Assembly: GCA_965655805.1 (NCBI GenBank)
Contig: CBFHJN010000002.1
Span: forward strand, 3,143-67,142
DNA: 64,000 bases
Reading direction: 5' to 3'
From: Flavobacteriaceae bacterium
GTDB taxonomy: Bacteria > Bacteroidota > Bacteroidia > Flavobacteriales > Flavobacteriaceae
The notes under the pieces were generated by a model. The model was not told where the DNA came from. It did no database searches and saw only the letters and a program-made list of their open reading frames with translations. Both the position numbers and the translations under genes were made by a program. Of the stretch, positions 1 through 9,592 are shown piece after piece (within the stretch, counting starts at the first letter, position 1; each line of letters starts with the position of its first letter).

Positions 1-1539
1 TTTGCTGATTTACATTTAAATAATTGGCAAATTTTTTCAAACTCCAGTTATTTAACCGCGAATTCCACTAGTTCTACATCTAATTTCTTACGCTCATATA
101 ATCGGGTTACCTATAGTTTCAATAAAGCTTGGGCTGGCACCAGATTGGCATTAGAAGATAATGAACAAAAAAGTAAAATAACCAATAACTTCACGGCTTT
201 AAGCCAACGTTTTAAATCCTACGAAGTGTTTTCTGGAATTGGCGATAGTACAGCTGTATTTGCCGAAATTGGTTATAAATACCGTGTAAATGATAGTATT
301 CGAAATGGAAATCTTCAAAAAGTGAATACATCAAACACATTTTATATTGATTCCAAAATTGTTCAAAACACGAAAACAAATTTATCTATTTATGCTAATT
401 ACAGAACCTTAAAAGATGCCGAAAATGAAGAAAATAATGAGAACTCTTTAAATTCACGAATTATTTTTAGTCAACGGTTTTTTGAGCAACTCATGTATTG
501 GAATACCGTTTTTGAAACCAATTCCGGAACGCTTCCGCAGCAAGAATTCACCTATGTAGAAGTAGAATCTGGTCAAGGAATTTACACATGGATAGATTAT
601 AACAATAATGGTATTCAAGAATTAGAGGAGTTTGAAATTGCCCAATTTCCTGATGAAGCCGATTATATTCGCGTGCTTTTACCAAATCAAGTGTTTATAA
701 AAACACATCAAAACAGATTAAGTCAATTGTTGACATTAAATCCGCAGCAATGGATTAATAGCGAAAACAAATTTCAAAAATTCCTATCGCATTTTCATAA
801 TCAAACCTCCTATTTGGTCGATAGAAAAGAACGACGTTCAGGAAGCGAATTTAATTTAAACCCTTTTGAAGGCGAAGAGGCAGACCAGTTAGCATTACAA
901 TTAAACTTCAGAAATGTCTTGTTTTTTAATCGTGGTAAGCAGCATTACACAACATCTTATACGTATTTGAGTAACAAGTCACAAAACACCTTATCGTTCG
1001 GTTTTATTGAAAACGATTTAGAAAGTCATAAGCTGCAATTCACCCATAAATTTGCCACCAGTTGGCTAGCCAATTTAGAATCTAGTTTCAATAAAAACAT
1101 CAGCATTAGCGAGAATTATTCCAGTAAAAACTTTGATATTGATGAGGCGAATATCAACCCTAAAATATCCTATCTACTAAATGACAATACGCGTTTTGAT
1201 GTGTTCTACCAATACACAAGTAAAGAAAATACCATCAGTAATTTCGAAACGTTAAAGCAACAAAAATATGGAGCTGCATTTACTTTTGCCAATTTCGAGC
1301 AATCTGCCATTAGTGGTGAATTCAATTATTTTGATAATAATTTTTCTGGAAGTGTCAATACAGCAGTTGCCTACCAAATGATGGAAGGACTACAACCTGG
1401 AAAAAACTATACTTGGAGCGTATTAGCCCAGAAAAAACTAACCAGTTTTTTAGATTTAAACCTCACCTATTTCGGTAGAAAAAGTGAAACCAGTAAAGTG
1501 ATTCATACAGGAAATGTGCAATTAAAAGCGTATTTTTAA
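1..1539 (+). CDS. C-terminal part of a large outer-membrane beta-barrel-like protein of unknown function (5' end lies outside the window)
   Basis: Frame 1 is open from base 1 (FADLHLNNWQIFS...), so the track start at 145 is internal. Amphipathic beta-strand pattern, terminal ...QLKAYF, and an EF-hand-like loop DYNNNGIQELEE. Confidence 0.7.
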   Translation, partial: FADLHLNNWQIFSNSSYLTANSTSSTSNFLRSYNRVTYSFNKAWAGTRLALEDNEQKSKITNNFTALSQRFKSYEVFSGIGDSTAVFAEIGYKYRVNDSIRNGNLQKVNTSNTFYIDSKIVQNTKTNLSIYANYRTLKDAENEENNENSLNSRIIFSQRFFEQLMYWNTVFETNSGTLPQQEFTYVEVESGQGIYTWIDYNNNGIQELEEFEIAQFPDEADYIRVLLPNQVFIKTHQNRLSQLLTLNPQQWINSENKFQKFLSHFHNQTSYLVDRKERRSGSEFNLNPFEGEEADQLALQLNFRNVLFFNRGKQHYTTSYTYLSNKSQNTLSFGFIENDLESHKLQFTHKFATSWLANLESSFNKNISISENYSSKNFDIDEANINPKISYLLNDNTRFDVFYQYTSKENTISNFETLKQQKYGAAFTFANFEQSAISGEFNYFDNNFSGSVNTAVAYQMMEGLQPGKNYTWSVLAQKKLTSFLDLNLTYFGRKSETSKVIHTGNVQLKAYF

Positions 1540-1581
1540 AGGCTAGTAACACATGTTACATAATAAAGTCAAAAAAAAATG

Positions 1582-1589
1582 TACTTTTG
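1582..1589 (+). promoter_or_regulatory. Bacteroidota sigma-70 -7 element (TACTTTTG) for the metal-efflux operon
   Basis: Exact TAnnTTTG match 6 nt upstream of ATG 1596. The track TTG start at 1587 lies inside this motif. Confidence 0.65.
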
Positions 1590-1595
1590 TTAAGT

Positions 1596-1985
1596 ATGCA
1601 AAAACTAGTTGCCATATCATTCTCATTTTTGATACTTTTTCAAAGCTTAAATATTAGCTTTGAAGATTTTTCGCGTTTTGGTGTGCTTTTAGATCATGCC
1701 GAATACCATCAGGAACAATATGGCGATTCGTTTTTGGAGTTTATTACAGAACACTATGGCGATAGTACATATCACCCAATGAGTGAACATAAAGAACATG
1801 AAGATTTACCCTTTAAAGAACACCACCAAGCTTGTGCGCACAGCACAGTTGTATTCACTTTAGCGGTTCAAGACTATCTTATTACTTACGAACCTTTTGT
1901 AGAAATACCTGTTAATTTTCATTACACAGATTCTATATCCTTATTTGAAAAACCTACCGTTTTTCAACCACCCAAACACGCATAA
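1596..1985 (+). CDS. Small His-rich exported or membrane-anchored protein heading the efflux operon
   Basis: Hydrophobic N-terminus, then HAEYH, EHY and HPMSEHKEHEDLPFKEHH. First gene after the promoter. Confidence 0.7.
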   Translation: MQKLVAISFSFLILFQSLNISFEDFSRFGVLLDHAEYHQEQYGDSFLEFITEHYGDSTYHPMSEHKEHEDLPFKEHHQACAHSTVVFTLAVQDYLITYEPFVEIPVNFHYTDSISLFEKPTVFQPPKHA

Positions 1986-2056
1986 TTCTCGTTATATCTT
2001 TTTTTTTTATTGCATTCCATTTTTAGGATTGCTAACAACTTTATATAAAATGAATT

Positions 2057-5000
2057 ATGTTAGAAAAAATCATAAAATTCAGTTTAAAAAATAAACTGAT
2101 TATTTTATTAGGCGCACTGGCCATTGTTGGTTTTGGTGTGGTTTCCCTAACCCAAATATCTATTGGAGCTGTTCCAGATATTACCAATAATCAAGTACAA
2201 GTAATTACGACATCTCGAAATTTGGCAACTCAAGACGTAGAGCAATTTATAACCTATCCCGTAGAGCTAGAAATGGCTAATTTACCTGGTGTTCAGGAAA
2301 TTCGTTCGGTTTCTAAATTCGGACTTTCGGTGGTTACCATCGTTTTTGATGACGATTTAGGCACTTACTTACCGCGTCAACTCATTGCGGAAAAAATTAA
2401 ATCGGCTTCCGAAAAAATCCCAGAAGGTTTTGGAACGCCAGAAATGGGACCTATAACCACAGGTTTGGGTGAAATTTACCAATATATACTGGATGTTAAA
2501 CCCGAATACAAAGACCGCTATACCATTACGGATTTACGCACCATTCAAGATTGGGTTGTCAAACGTCAATTATCAGGAATTCCTGGAGTCGTTGAAGTCA
2601 ATACTTGGGGCGGATTTTTAAAGCAATATGAAGTTGCCATCAATCCGCAGAAACTGACAGCCATGAACATATCAATTTCAACCATTTATGAAGCACTCGA
2701 AAAGAACAATAGTGTTGCTGGTGGTGGCTATATTGAAAAAACGGACAAGGCCTATTTTATTCGTGGTGAAGGTTTGGTAACATCATTAAAAGACATTGAA
2801 AATATTGTTGTAAAAAATGATGGCACACCAATTTACGTTAAAGATGTAGCAACTGTTGGCTTTGGTCATGCTACCAGATTTGGAGCCATTACGGGAAATG
2901 GGGAAGGAGAAAAAGTGCTTGGCCAAATTATGATGCTGAAAGGTGGCAACTCTAAAAAAATAATTGATGCTGTAAAAGAACGCGTTGCAAGCATTCAAAA
3001 AACACTACCTGAGGGTGTTTATATCAATGGCTTTTTAGAACGAAGCGAACTGATTAATAAAACCACGTTTACCGTTGCTGAAAACCTCATCCTAGGCTCA
3101 CTCATCGTGATTTTTGTAGTGGTTTTACTACTCGGAAATTGGCGTTCTGGATTAGTCGTCGCATCGGTTATTCCTTTAAGTTTACTTTTTGCAATTTCTT
3201 TAATGAATGTTTTTGGTGTCGATGCCAATTTAATGAGTTTAGGTGCTATTGATTTCGGAATTATTATTGATGGAGCCGTTATTATCGTGGAGTTTATAGC
3301 CTTTCAAATTACGGCTCAAAGCGCCAAATTGAAGACTATTTCCAAAGAAGTTATTGATAGCATCACCTTGAAAAGTGCTTCAAAAATGATGAATTCGGCC
3401 ATTTTCGGGCAACTTATTATTCTCATTGTTTTCATACCAATTCTATCATTAAGTGGAATTGAGGGCAAAATGTTTAAACCTATGGCCATGACATTTAGCT
3501 TTGCATTGATTGGCGCCATGATATTGTGTTTAACCTATGTACCTGTCGTGTCTGCGTTGTTTCTAAAACCGTCTAGCCAATCGCCTAAAAACATATCTGT
3601 TAAACTTATGAATCGCTTAACATCTTGGTATGCACCGATTATCAATTGGGCTTTACACAGTAAACGACTCGTTACTGGTTCTGCTTTGGCACTACTTATT
3701 ATTAGTGGTTTCATTTTTAATAATATGGGTGGCGAATTTGTACCTACTTTAGATGAAGGTGATTTTGTAATTCAACCAGTTTTAAAAACAGGAACTTCAT
3801 TAGGAAAGACTATTGAAATCACGACGAAAATTGAACGTATTCTGCTAGAAAATTTTCCAGAAGTTGATCAAGTTGTAAGCAGAATTGGTGCTGCTGAAGT
3901 TCCAACAGATCCCATGTCCATGGAAGAAAGTGATGTTATTATAAAACTGAAACCTAAAAACACATGGGTTTCTGCCAATAGCAAAGATGAACTGGCTGAA
4001 AAGTTTAAAGAGGCTTTAACTATTATTCCAAACATGGAAATAGAATTTACCCAACCTATCGAAATGCGTTTTAACGAACTGATTACAGGTGTTCGTGCCG
4101 ATGTGGCCATTAAAATTTTCGGTGAAGATTTATCCATTCTTTCGAACAAAGCTGAACAAATAAAAGCTGCTATTAGCGATGTAGAAGGCGCCTCTGATAT
4201 TGTAGTTGAAAAAGTAGAAGGCCTCCCGCAAATGAGCGTTAATTATAATCGTTTTAAAATTGCACGTTACGGATTGAATATTTCTGATTTAAATCGTGTG
4301 ATTTCCATGGGATTTGCAGGTGATGTGGTTGGACAGGTTTTTGAAGGTGAAAAACGCTTCGATTTAGCCATTAGACTCGACGATAAAAACCGAAAAAACA
4401 TCACCAATTTACAAAATCTATATGTAGACGTTCCTAGTGGTGGAAAAATTCCATTAAGCGAATTAGCAGATATATCTTACACCACAGGTCCTGCACAAAT
4501 TTCAAGAGACGATACCAAAAGACGAATTGTAATTGGCGTAAACGTCAGGAATCGAGATTTACAATCCGTTGTAACTGATATCCAAAAACGCGTTAACAAA
4601 AATATTCAACTCCCTGTTGGGTATAGCATTACTTATGGTGGCCAATTTGAGAACCTACAAAGCGCTAAAGACCGTTTATTAGTAGCAGTTCCAATAGCCC
4701 TCGTTCTTATTTTTATACTCCTTTATTTTGCTTTTAATTCGGTAAAAGATGCCTTAATGGTTTATTCTGCCATTCCATTAGCTGCAGTTGGAGGTGTTTT
4801 ATTGCTGTGGATTCGCGATTTACCCTTTAGCATTTCCGCAGGCGTCGGCTTTATAGCCCTCTTTGGTATTGCGGTATTAAATGGAATTGTTCTTATTGAA
4901 CATTTTAAGGAACTTAAATCTGAAGGTGTTACCGATATTGAAACACGCATTAAGCGTGGTACTACAGAGCGGCTAAGACCTGTTTTATTGACGGCTTCTG

Positions 5001-6361
5001 CTGCTGCTCTGGGATTTTTACCTATGGCCATTTCAACAAATGCTGGAGCTGAAGTGCAACGTCCTTTAGCAACCGTTGTTATTGGTGGACTCGTTACAGC
5101 TACCATTTTAACACTGGTTGTACTTCCTGTTTTATATGCTTGGATTGAAGAAAAGAAAACACTAAAAATGAAGAAAAATCAGATTACAACAATCATAATC
5201 CTGTTCATGTCTTTGACTGGATTCTCACAGCAAAAACCCATGGATGTAAATGAAACATTTCAGTTAGCGTTAACTAATAATGCTAAAATAAAAGCATCTG
5301 GTTTACAACTCGATGAATTTGATGCTAGAATTTCAAGTGCTTTCGATTTCGATAAAACATCTATTTATTACAGCTATGACGAAAATAATTTAGCTATCAA
5401 TAACGAGCCACTGAACATTTTCGGAGTCTCCCAAGACTTTATATTCCCAACGCGTTATTTTGCTGAAAAGCGCGTAAATCAAGCAGCTTACCAATTAAAA
5501 GCGTCGGAAAACGAAATTCAAGTTTTACAACTCAAACGCGATGTATATTCTAATTATTACGCCTTAAGTTATGCTAAAAACACAGCAAAAGCCTATCAAT
5601 ATTTAGATAGTTTATATTCCAAATTTGCTCAAAATGCCAAACGACGATTTGAGTTAGGCGAAAGTAATTATTTGGAAATGATAACGGCAGAGTCAAAAGA
5701 AAAACAAATGGAAACGCGTTTTACGCAAGCGCAGCAGGCTGTATTCATTCAAACGGAGCAATTAAAGAAATTGGTTCAAATTGATTCGCTTGACACAACC
5801 AACGGACCTTTAGAAAAATTGACATTAACAGCTTTATCCGTTTCTGAAGAAAATCCGGGTTTGCTCTATTTTGAAGAATCAAAAAATTATTATCAAGCCT
5901 TAAAAAACAAAGAAAAACAGGCCTTGTTACCTGACATTTCAGCTGAATATTTTGTTGGCTCCAATAGCACGTTAAATACCAATATCCAAGGCTATCAATT
6001 AGGATTGAAAATCCCGTTATTTTTCTCTGGAAACGCAGCACGCATTAAAGCATCCAAAATTGCTGAAGATGTAGTAAACATGCAACAAACAGATTATAAA
6101 ACCAAATTGCATGGCGAATATCAACGGCTTTTAGCTCAATTAGAACAGCATCAAGCCGCAATTTCCTATTATGAAACCCAAGGAAATATGCTTCAAAAGG
6201 AAATTATAAAAACGGCAAATCGCTCGTTTCAAGAAGGAGAAATAGATTTTTTCCAATACATACAAAGCGTAGAAACCGCAAAAGATATGGAGCTGGAATA
6301 CCTGAAACAATTAAACGACTATAACCAAACGATTATCTCAATAAATCATTTAACTTTATAA
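2057..6361 (+). CDS. czcA: CusA/CzcA-family heavy-metal RND transporter fused to a C-terminal TolC-like outer-membrane factor
   Basis: About 1037-aa RND part with GAVPDITNNQVQ, GAIDFGIIIDGAVIIVE (CzcA-type DFG-D-E relay), RLRPVLLTA and EVQRPLATVVIGGL, followed by an about 377-aa helical OEP/TolC-like domain. Confidence 0.93.
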   Translation: MLEKIIKFSLKNKLIILLGALAIVGFGVVSLTQISIGAVPDITNNQVQVITTSRNLATQDVEQFITYPVELEMANLPGVQEIRSVSKFGLSVVTIVFDDDLGTYLPRQLIAEKIKSASEKIPEGFGTPEMGPITTGLGEIYQYILDVKPEYKDRYTITDLRTIQDWVVKRQLSGIPGVVEVNTWGGFLKQYEVAINPQKLTAMNISISTIYEALEKNNSVAGGGYIEKTDKAYFIRGEGLVTSLKDIENIVVKNDGTPIYVKDVATVGFGHATRFGAITGNGEGEKVLGQIMMLKGGNSKKIIDAVKERVASIQKTLPEGVYINGFLERSELINKTTFTVAENLILGSLIVIFVVVLLLGNWRSGLVVASVIPLSLLFAISLMNVFGVDANLMSLGAIDFGIIIDGAVIIVEFIAFQITAQSAKLKTISKEVIDSITLKSASKMMNSAIFGQLIILIVFIPILSLSGIEGKMFKPMAMTFSFALIGAMILCLTYVPVVSALFLKPSSQSPKNISVKLMNRLTSWYAPIINWALHSKRLVTGSALALLIISGFIFNNMGGEFVPTLDEGDFVIQPVLKTGTSLGKTIEITTKIERILLENFPEVDQVVSRIGAAEVPTDPMSMEESDVIIKLKPKNTWVSANSKDELAEKFKEALTIIPNMEIEFTQPIEMRFNELITGVRADVAIKIFGEDLSILSNKAEQIKAAISDVEGASDIVVEKVEGLPQMSVNYNRFKIARYGLNISDLNRVISMGFAGDVVGQVFEGEKRFDLAIRLDDKNRKNITNLQNLYVDVPSGGKIPLSELADISYTTGPAQISRDDTKRRIVIGVNVRNRDLQSVVTDIQKRVNKNIQLPVGYSITYGGQFENLQSAKDRLLVAVPIALVLIFILLYFAFNSVKDALMVYSAIPLAAVGGVLLLWIRDLPFSISAGVGFIALFGIAVLNGIVLIEHFKELKSEGVTDIETRIKRGTTERLRPVLLTASAAALGFLPMAISTNAGAEVQRPLATVVIGGLVTATILTLVVLPVLYAWIEEKKTLKMKKNQITTIIILFMSLTGFSQQKPMDVNETFQLALTNNAKIKASGLQLDEFDARISSAFDFDKTSIYYSYDENNLAINNEPLNIFGVSQDFIFPTRYFAEKRVNQAAYQLKASENEIQVLQLKRDVYSNYYALSYAKNTAKAYQYLDSLYSKFAQNAKRRFELGESNYLEMITAESKEKQMETRFTQAQQAVFIQTEQLKKLVQIDSLDTTNGPLEKLTLTALSVSEENPGLLYFEESKNYYQALKNKEKQALLPDISAEYFVGSNSTLNTNIQGYQLGLKIPLFFSGNAARIKASKIAEDVVNMQQTDYKTKLHGEYQRLLAQLEQHQAAISYYETQGNMLQKEIIKTANRSFQEGEIDFFQYIQSVETAKDMELEYLKQLNDYNQTIISINHLTL

Positions 6362-6372
6362 TATTAAACAGC

Positions 6373-7518
6373 ATGAAACCACTATATATATTTACATTTT
6401 TATCACTTTTCATGGCTTGTGGAAATTCCGAATCCGATTCGGCAGCAAGTATCGAAACTGATTCTCACGATGACGAAATTAGTTTATCGAAGGCGCAATT
6501 TACCAGCGAAGACATAGCTTTAGGGAACATCTCAAAACATACGTTTAATGAAACCGTAACGGTTAACGGTATGATTGATGTTCCACCACATAACAAATCG
6601 CGCGTTACCACGTATATGGCTGGTTACATTACCAAAACACCATTATTAGTTGGCGAGCAAGTTAAAAAAGGACAACTTTTAGTCACTTTAGAAAACACAG
6701 AATACATTGAACTACAACAACAATTTTTAGAAGTTTCGGAACAATTAAACTATTTAAAAAATGAATACACACGTCAGAAAACACTTTTTGATGAAAAAAT
6801 AACGTCTGAAAAAAACTATTTAAAAGCGGAAAGCACGTATAAAAGTAATTTGGCATTTTACAATGGCTTGGAGAAAAAACTGCAAATGCTAAACATCAAT
6901 CCAAAATCAGTTTTATCAGGAAATATGACTTCCACTATAAATATTTATGCACCAATTGATGGTCATATTACCAAAGTAAATGTCAGCAATGGTGTTTATG
7001 TTTCAGCAAGTGATGAAATTATGGAAATTGTAGATATAGACCATATGCATTTGGAACTTTCGGTTTTTGAAAAAGATATCATGAGGATTAAAAAAGGACA
7101 AAAAATCACCTTTACCATTCCGGAAGCTTCGCAAAAAACCTTTAACGCAGATGTACATTTAGTCGGTACGACTATAAATGAAAATACGAGACGTGTTCAA
7201 GTTCATGGACATATTGAGAATGTAGAAGACAATTTTATAGTTGGTATGTTTGTAGAAGCACAAATAAAGATTGACGAAGTTAAAGGCATGGCATTACCAA
7301 ACCAAGCGGTTATTGCAGTTGGAGATGATCATTTTATTTTGGTTTTAGAGGAACAGACTGCAGAAGGTTATGTGTTTCGTAAAACGAAAGTTGAAATCGG
7401 CAAACAAACGGAAGATTACACAGAAATAGTGAACGCTAAAAATTTATTAAATAAAGATATTATAATAAAAGGAACCACCATGCTTCTTAACGAAGGCGAA
7501 GGTGGTCATGGCCATTAA
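6373..7518 (+). CDS. czcB: RND efflux periplasmic adaptor (CzcB/CusB family), lipoprotein
   Basis: Lipobox FMAC, hairpin and lipoyl segments (APIDGHITKVNVSNG), GMFVEAQI, C-terminal GGHGH. Starts 11 nt after czcA. Confidence 0.9.
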   Translation: MKPLYIFTFLSLFMACGNSESDSAASIETDSHDDEISLSKAQFTSEDIALGNISKHTFNETVTVNGMIDVPPHNKSRVTTYMAGYITKTPLLVGEQVKKGQLLVTLENTEYIELQQQFLEVSEQLNYLKNEYTRQKTLFDEKITSEKNYLKAESTYKSNLAFYNGLEKKLQMLNINPKSVLSGNMTSTINIYAPIDGHITKVNVSNGVYVSASDEIMEIVDIDHMHLELSVFEKDIMRIKKGQKITFTIPEASQKTFNADVHLVGTTINENTRRVQVHGHIENVEDNFIVGMFVEAQIKIDEVKGMALPNQAVIAVGDDHFILVLEEQTAEGYVFRKTKVEIGKQTEDYTEIVNAKNLLNKDIIIKGTTMLLNEGEGGHGH

Positions 7519-7528
7519 AAAGTTTTGC

Positions 7529-9487
7529 ATGTCTAATAATCACAAACATTCTCAAGGTATTTTTGGTAAACGCACAGAGTTATATTTTTCGCTGCTTTGC
7601 GGGTTTTTCCTTGTACTAGGTTTTGGTTTAGAAAAATGGGGAAATCTGGAATCCTATTTTCATTTAACGAGCTATATTATTTCATATGGTTTTGGTGGGT
7701 ATTTTATTACTCAAGAAGCTATTCATAAAGTTGGAAAAGGCTTATTTGAAATCGATTTTCTCATGATTGCAGCTGCTATTGGTGCAGCATATATTGGCAG
7801 TTGGGCTGAAGGTTCGCTTTTATTATTCTTATTTAGTTTAGGACATGCTTTGGAACATTATGCCATGAACAAGGCGAAAAAATCTATTAAAGCTTTAGGG
7901 AATTTATCGCCAAAAACAGCCTTACTAAAAACGGGAAATTCAACCACAGAAATAGCCATTGAAGATTTAAAAATTGGCGATATTATTGTGGTAAAACCGC
8001 ATACTAAAATAGCAGCCGATGGTGTAATTATATCCGGTGAGAGCAGTATTAATCAGGCTCCAATTACAGGTGAAAGTATGCCGATTGATAAACGACCGTT
8101 CCCAGAAAACAAACTTATTCCCGATTTTGCAGACATAGATAAAGAACATATTGCTTTTTCGGGAACCATAAATGGCGATAGTGCATTAGAAATTCACGTC
8201 CTTAAATTAACCCAAGATTCTACAGTTTCTAGATTAATCAAGTTGGTTAATGATGTGGAAACTCAAAAATCACCAACCCAACGATTGACCAAAAAATTTG
8301 AAAAAGCTTATGTACCAATAGTGATTATATTGGTTACTCTTTTATGCTTTGCGTTTTTGGTTATTAACGAGTCTTTTGATGCCAGTTTATATCGTGCCAT
8401 TACTGTTTTAGTGGCAGCAAGCCCTTGTGCTTTGGCAATTTCCACACCAAGTGCGGTTTTGAGCGGCATTGCACGTGCTGCCCAACGTGGTGTTTTAATT
8501 AAAGGCGGAAAAGCTTTGGAAGATTTAGGCAGTATAACCACCATAGCGTTTGATAAAACAGGTACACTTACTGAAGGAAAACCAAGTTTGAAACAAGTTT
8601 TACCGCTTAATGATTTCAATAGACTGGAATTATTACAATTGTTATTTGAAGTGGAAAGCTTAAGCAATCATCCGTTGGCTAAAGCCATTGCTAAAGCCAT
8701 TCAAGAACAAGAACAATTGGTTGATGAAAATCTCGCATCAAACGTAAGCGCTATTCAAGGTAAAGGTGTTGCAGCGGTTTATAAGAATGAAACCGTTTAC
8801 ATTGGGAATCAAAGGTTGATGACGGATAATAATTTAGTTATTTCTAAAGCTATTGATAATCAATTCAATCGCCTTTTAGAAGGTGGTGAAACGGTTATGT
8901 TGGTTGGTTATCGAAATCAGATTATTGGCTTGGTTAGCGTTATGGATATCCCAAGAAAAACAGCTGCTGAAACACTCAAAAAATTAAAAAATATTGGTGT
9001 TAAACATATGATTATGCTCACTGGCGATCATGAGCAAGTTGGTCAAGCTATTGCAAAACAAATTGGCTTAACCGAAAGTCGCGGAAACTTGTTACCTGAA
9101 GATAAAGTAGATGCCATCCGATTATTAAAAGAACGCGATGGAAAAGTTGCTATGGTTGGCGATGGTGTTAACGATGCACCAGCTATGGCCTTAAGTACGG
9201 TAAGTGTTGCCATGGGAGCAGCAGGAAGCGATGTAGCTTTAGAAACAGCTGATGTAGCACTCATGTCTGATAAAATAGACATGTTACCATTTGTAATTGG
9301 GTTAAGTCGTGCCTCCAAACGGATTATTAAACAAAATATTGTTGTCAGTTTGGGTGTGGTTGCCATTTTGGTTCCTGTCACTATTTTAGGGTTGACCAAT
9401 ATAGGTTTGGCGGTTTTATTTCATGAAGGATCGACTATTGTGGTTGTCATAAATGCTTTGCGATTGTTGGGTTTTAAGGAGGATTAG
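7529..9487 (+). CDS. Heavy-metal P1B-type ATPase, P1B-4 subtype (Co/Zn/Cd/Fe class)
   Basis: TGES, SPC in AASPCAL, DKTGTLT, HP, GDGVND and HEGST. No CxxC N-terminal domain. ATG 7529 preferred over the overlapping GTG 7502. Confidence 0.92.
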   Translation: MSNNHKHSQGIFGKRTELYFSLLCGFFLVLGFGLEKWGNLESYFHLTSYIISYGFGGYFITQEAIHKVGKGLFEIDFLMIAAAIGAAYIGSWAEGSLLLFLFSLGHALEHYAMNKAKKSIKALGNLSPKTALLKTGNSTTEIAIEDLKIGDIIVVKPHTKIAADGVIISGESSINQAPITGESMPIDKRPFPENKLIPDFADIDKEHIAFSGTINGDSALEIHVLKLTQDSTVSRLIKLVNDVETQKSPTQRLTKKFEKAYVPIVIILVTLLCFAFLVINESFDASLYRAITVLVAASPCALAISTPSAVLSGIARAAQRGVLIKGGKALEDLGSITTIAFDKTGTLTEGKPSLKQVLPLNDFNRLELLQLLFEVESLSNHPLAKAIAKAIQEQEQLVDENLASNVSAIQGKGVAAVYKNETVYIGNQRLMTDNNLVISKAIDNQFNRLLEGGETVMLVGYRNQIIGLVSVMDIPRKTAAETLKKLKNIGVKHMIMLTGDHEQVGQAIAKQIGLTESRGNLLPEDKVDAIRLLKERDGKVAMVGDGVNDAPAMALSTVSVAMGAAGSDVALETADVALMSDKIDMLPFVIGLSRASKRIIKQNIVVSLGVVAILVPVTILGLTNIGLAVLFHEGSTIVVVINALRLLGFKED

Positions 9488-9521
9488 TAAAATTTATTTT
9501 AATTGATAAAATAGATACGAC

Positions 9522-9554
9522 AAAAAAAATCCCAAGTAGTAACTACTTGGGATT
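9522..9554 (-). terminator. Intrinsic terminator of glyS, lying between the convergent metal operon and glyS
   Basis: Perfect 12-bp stem AATCCCAAGTAG-taa-CTACTTGGGATT with an A8 tract (U-tract on the minus strand). Confidence 0.85.
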
Positions 9555-9592
9555 CATTTATAGTGTAGGTCGACGTTTTGACTTCTGTTGAT

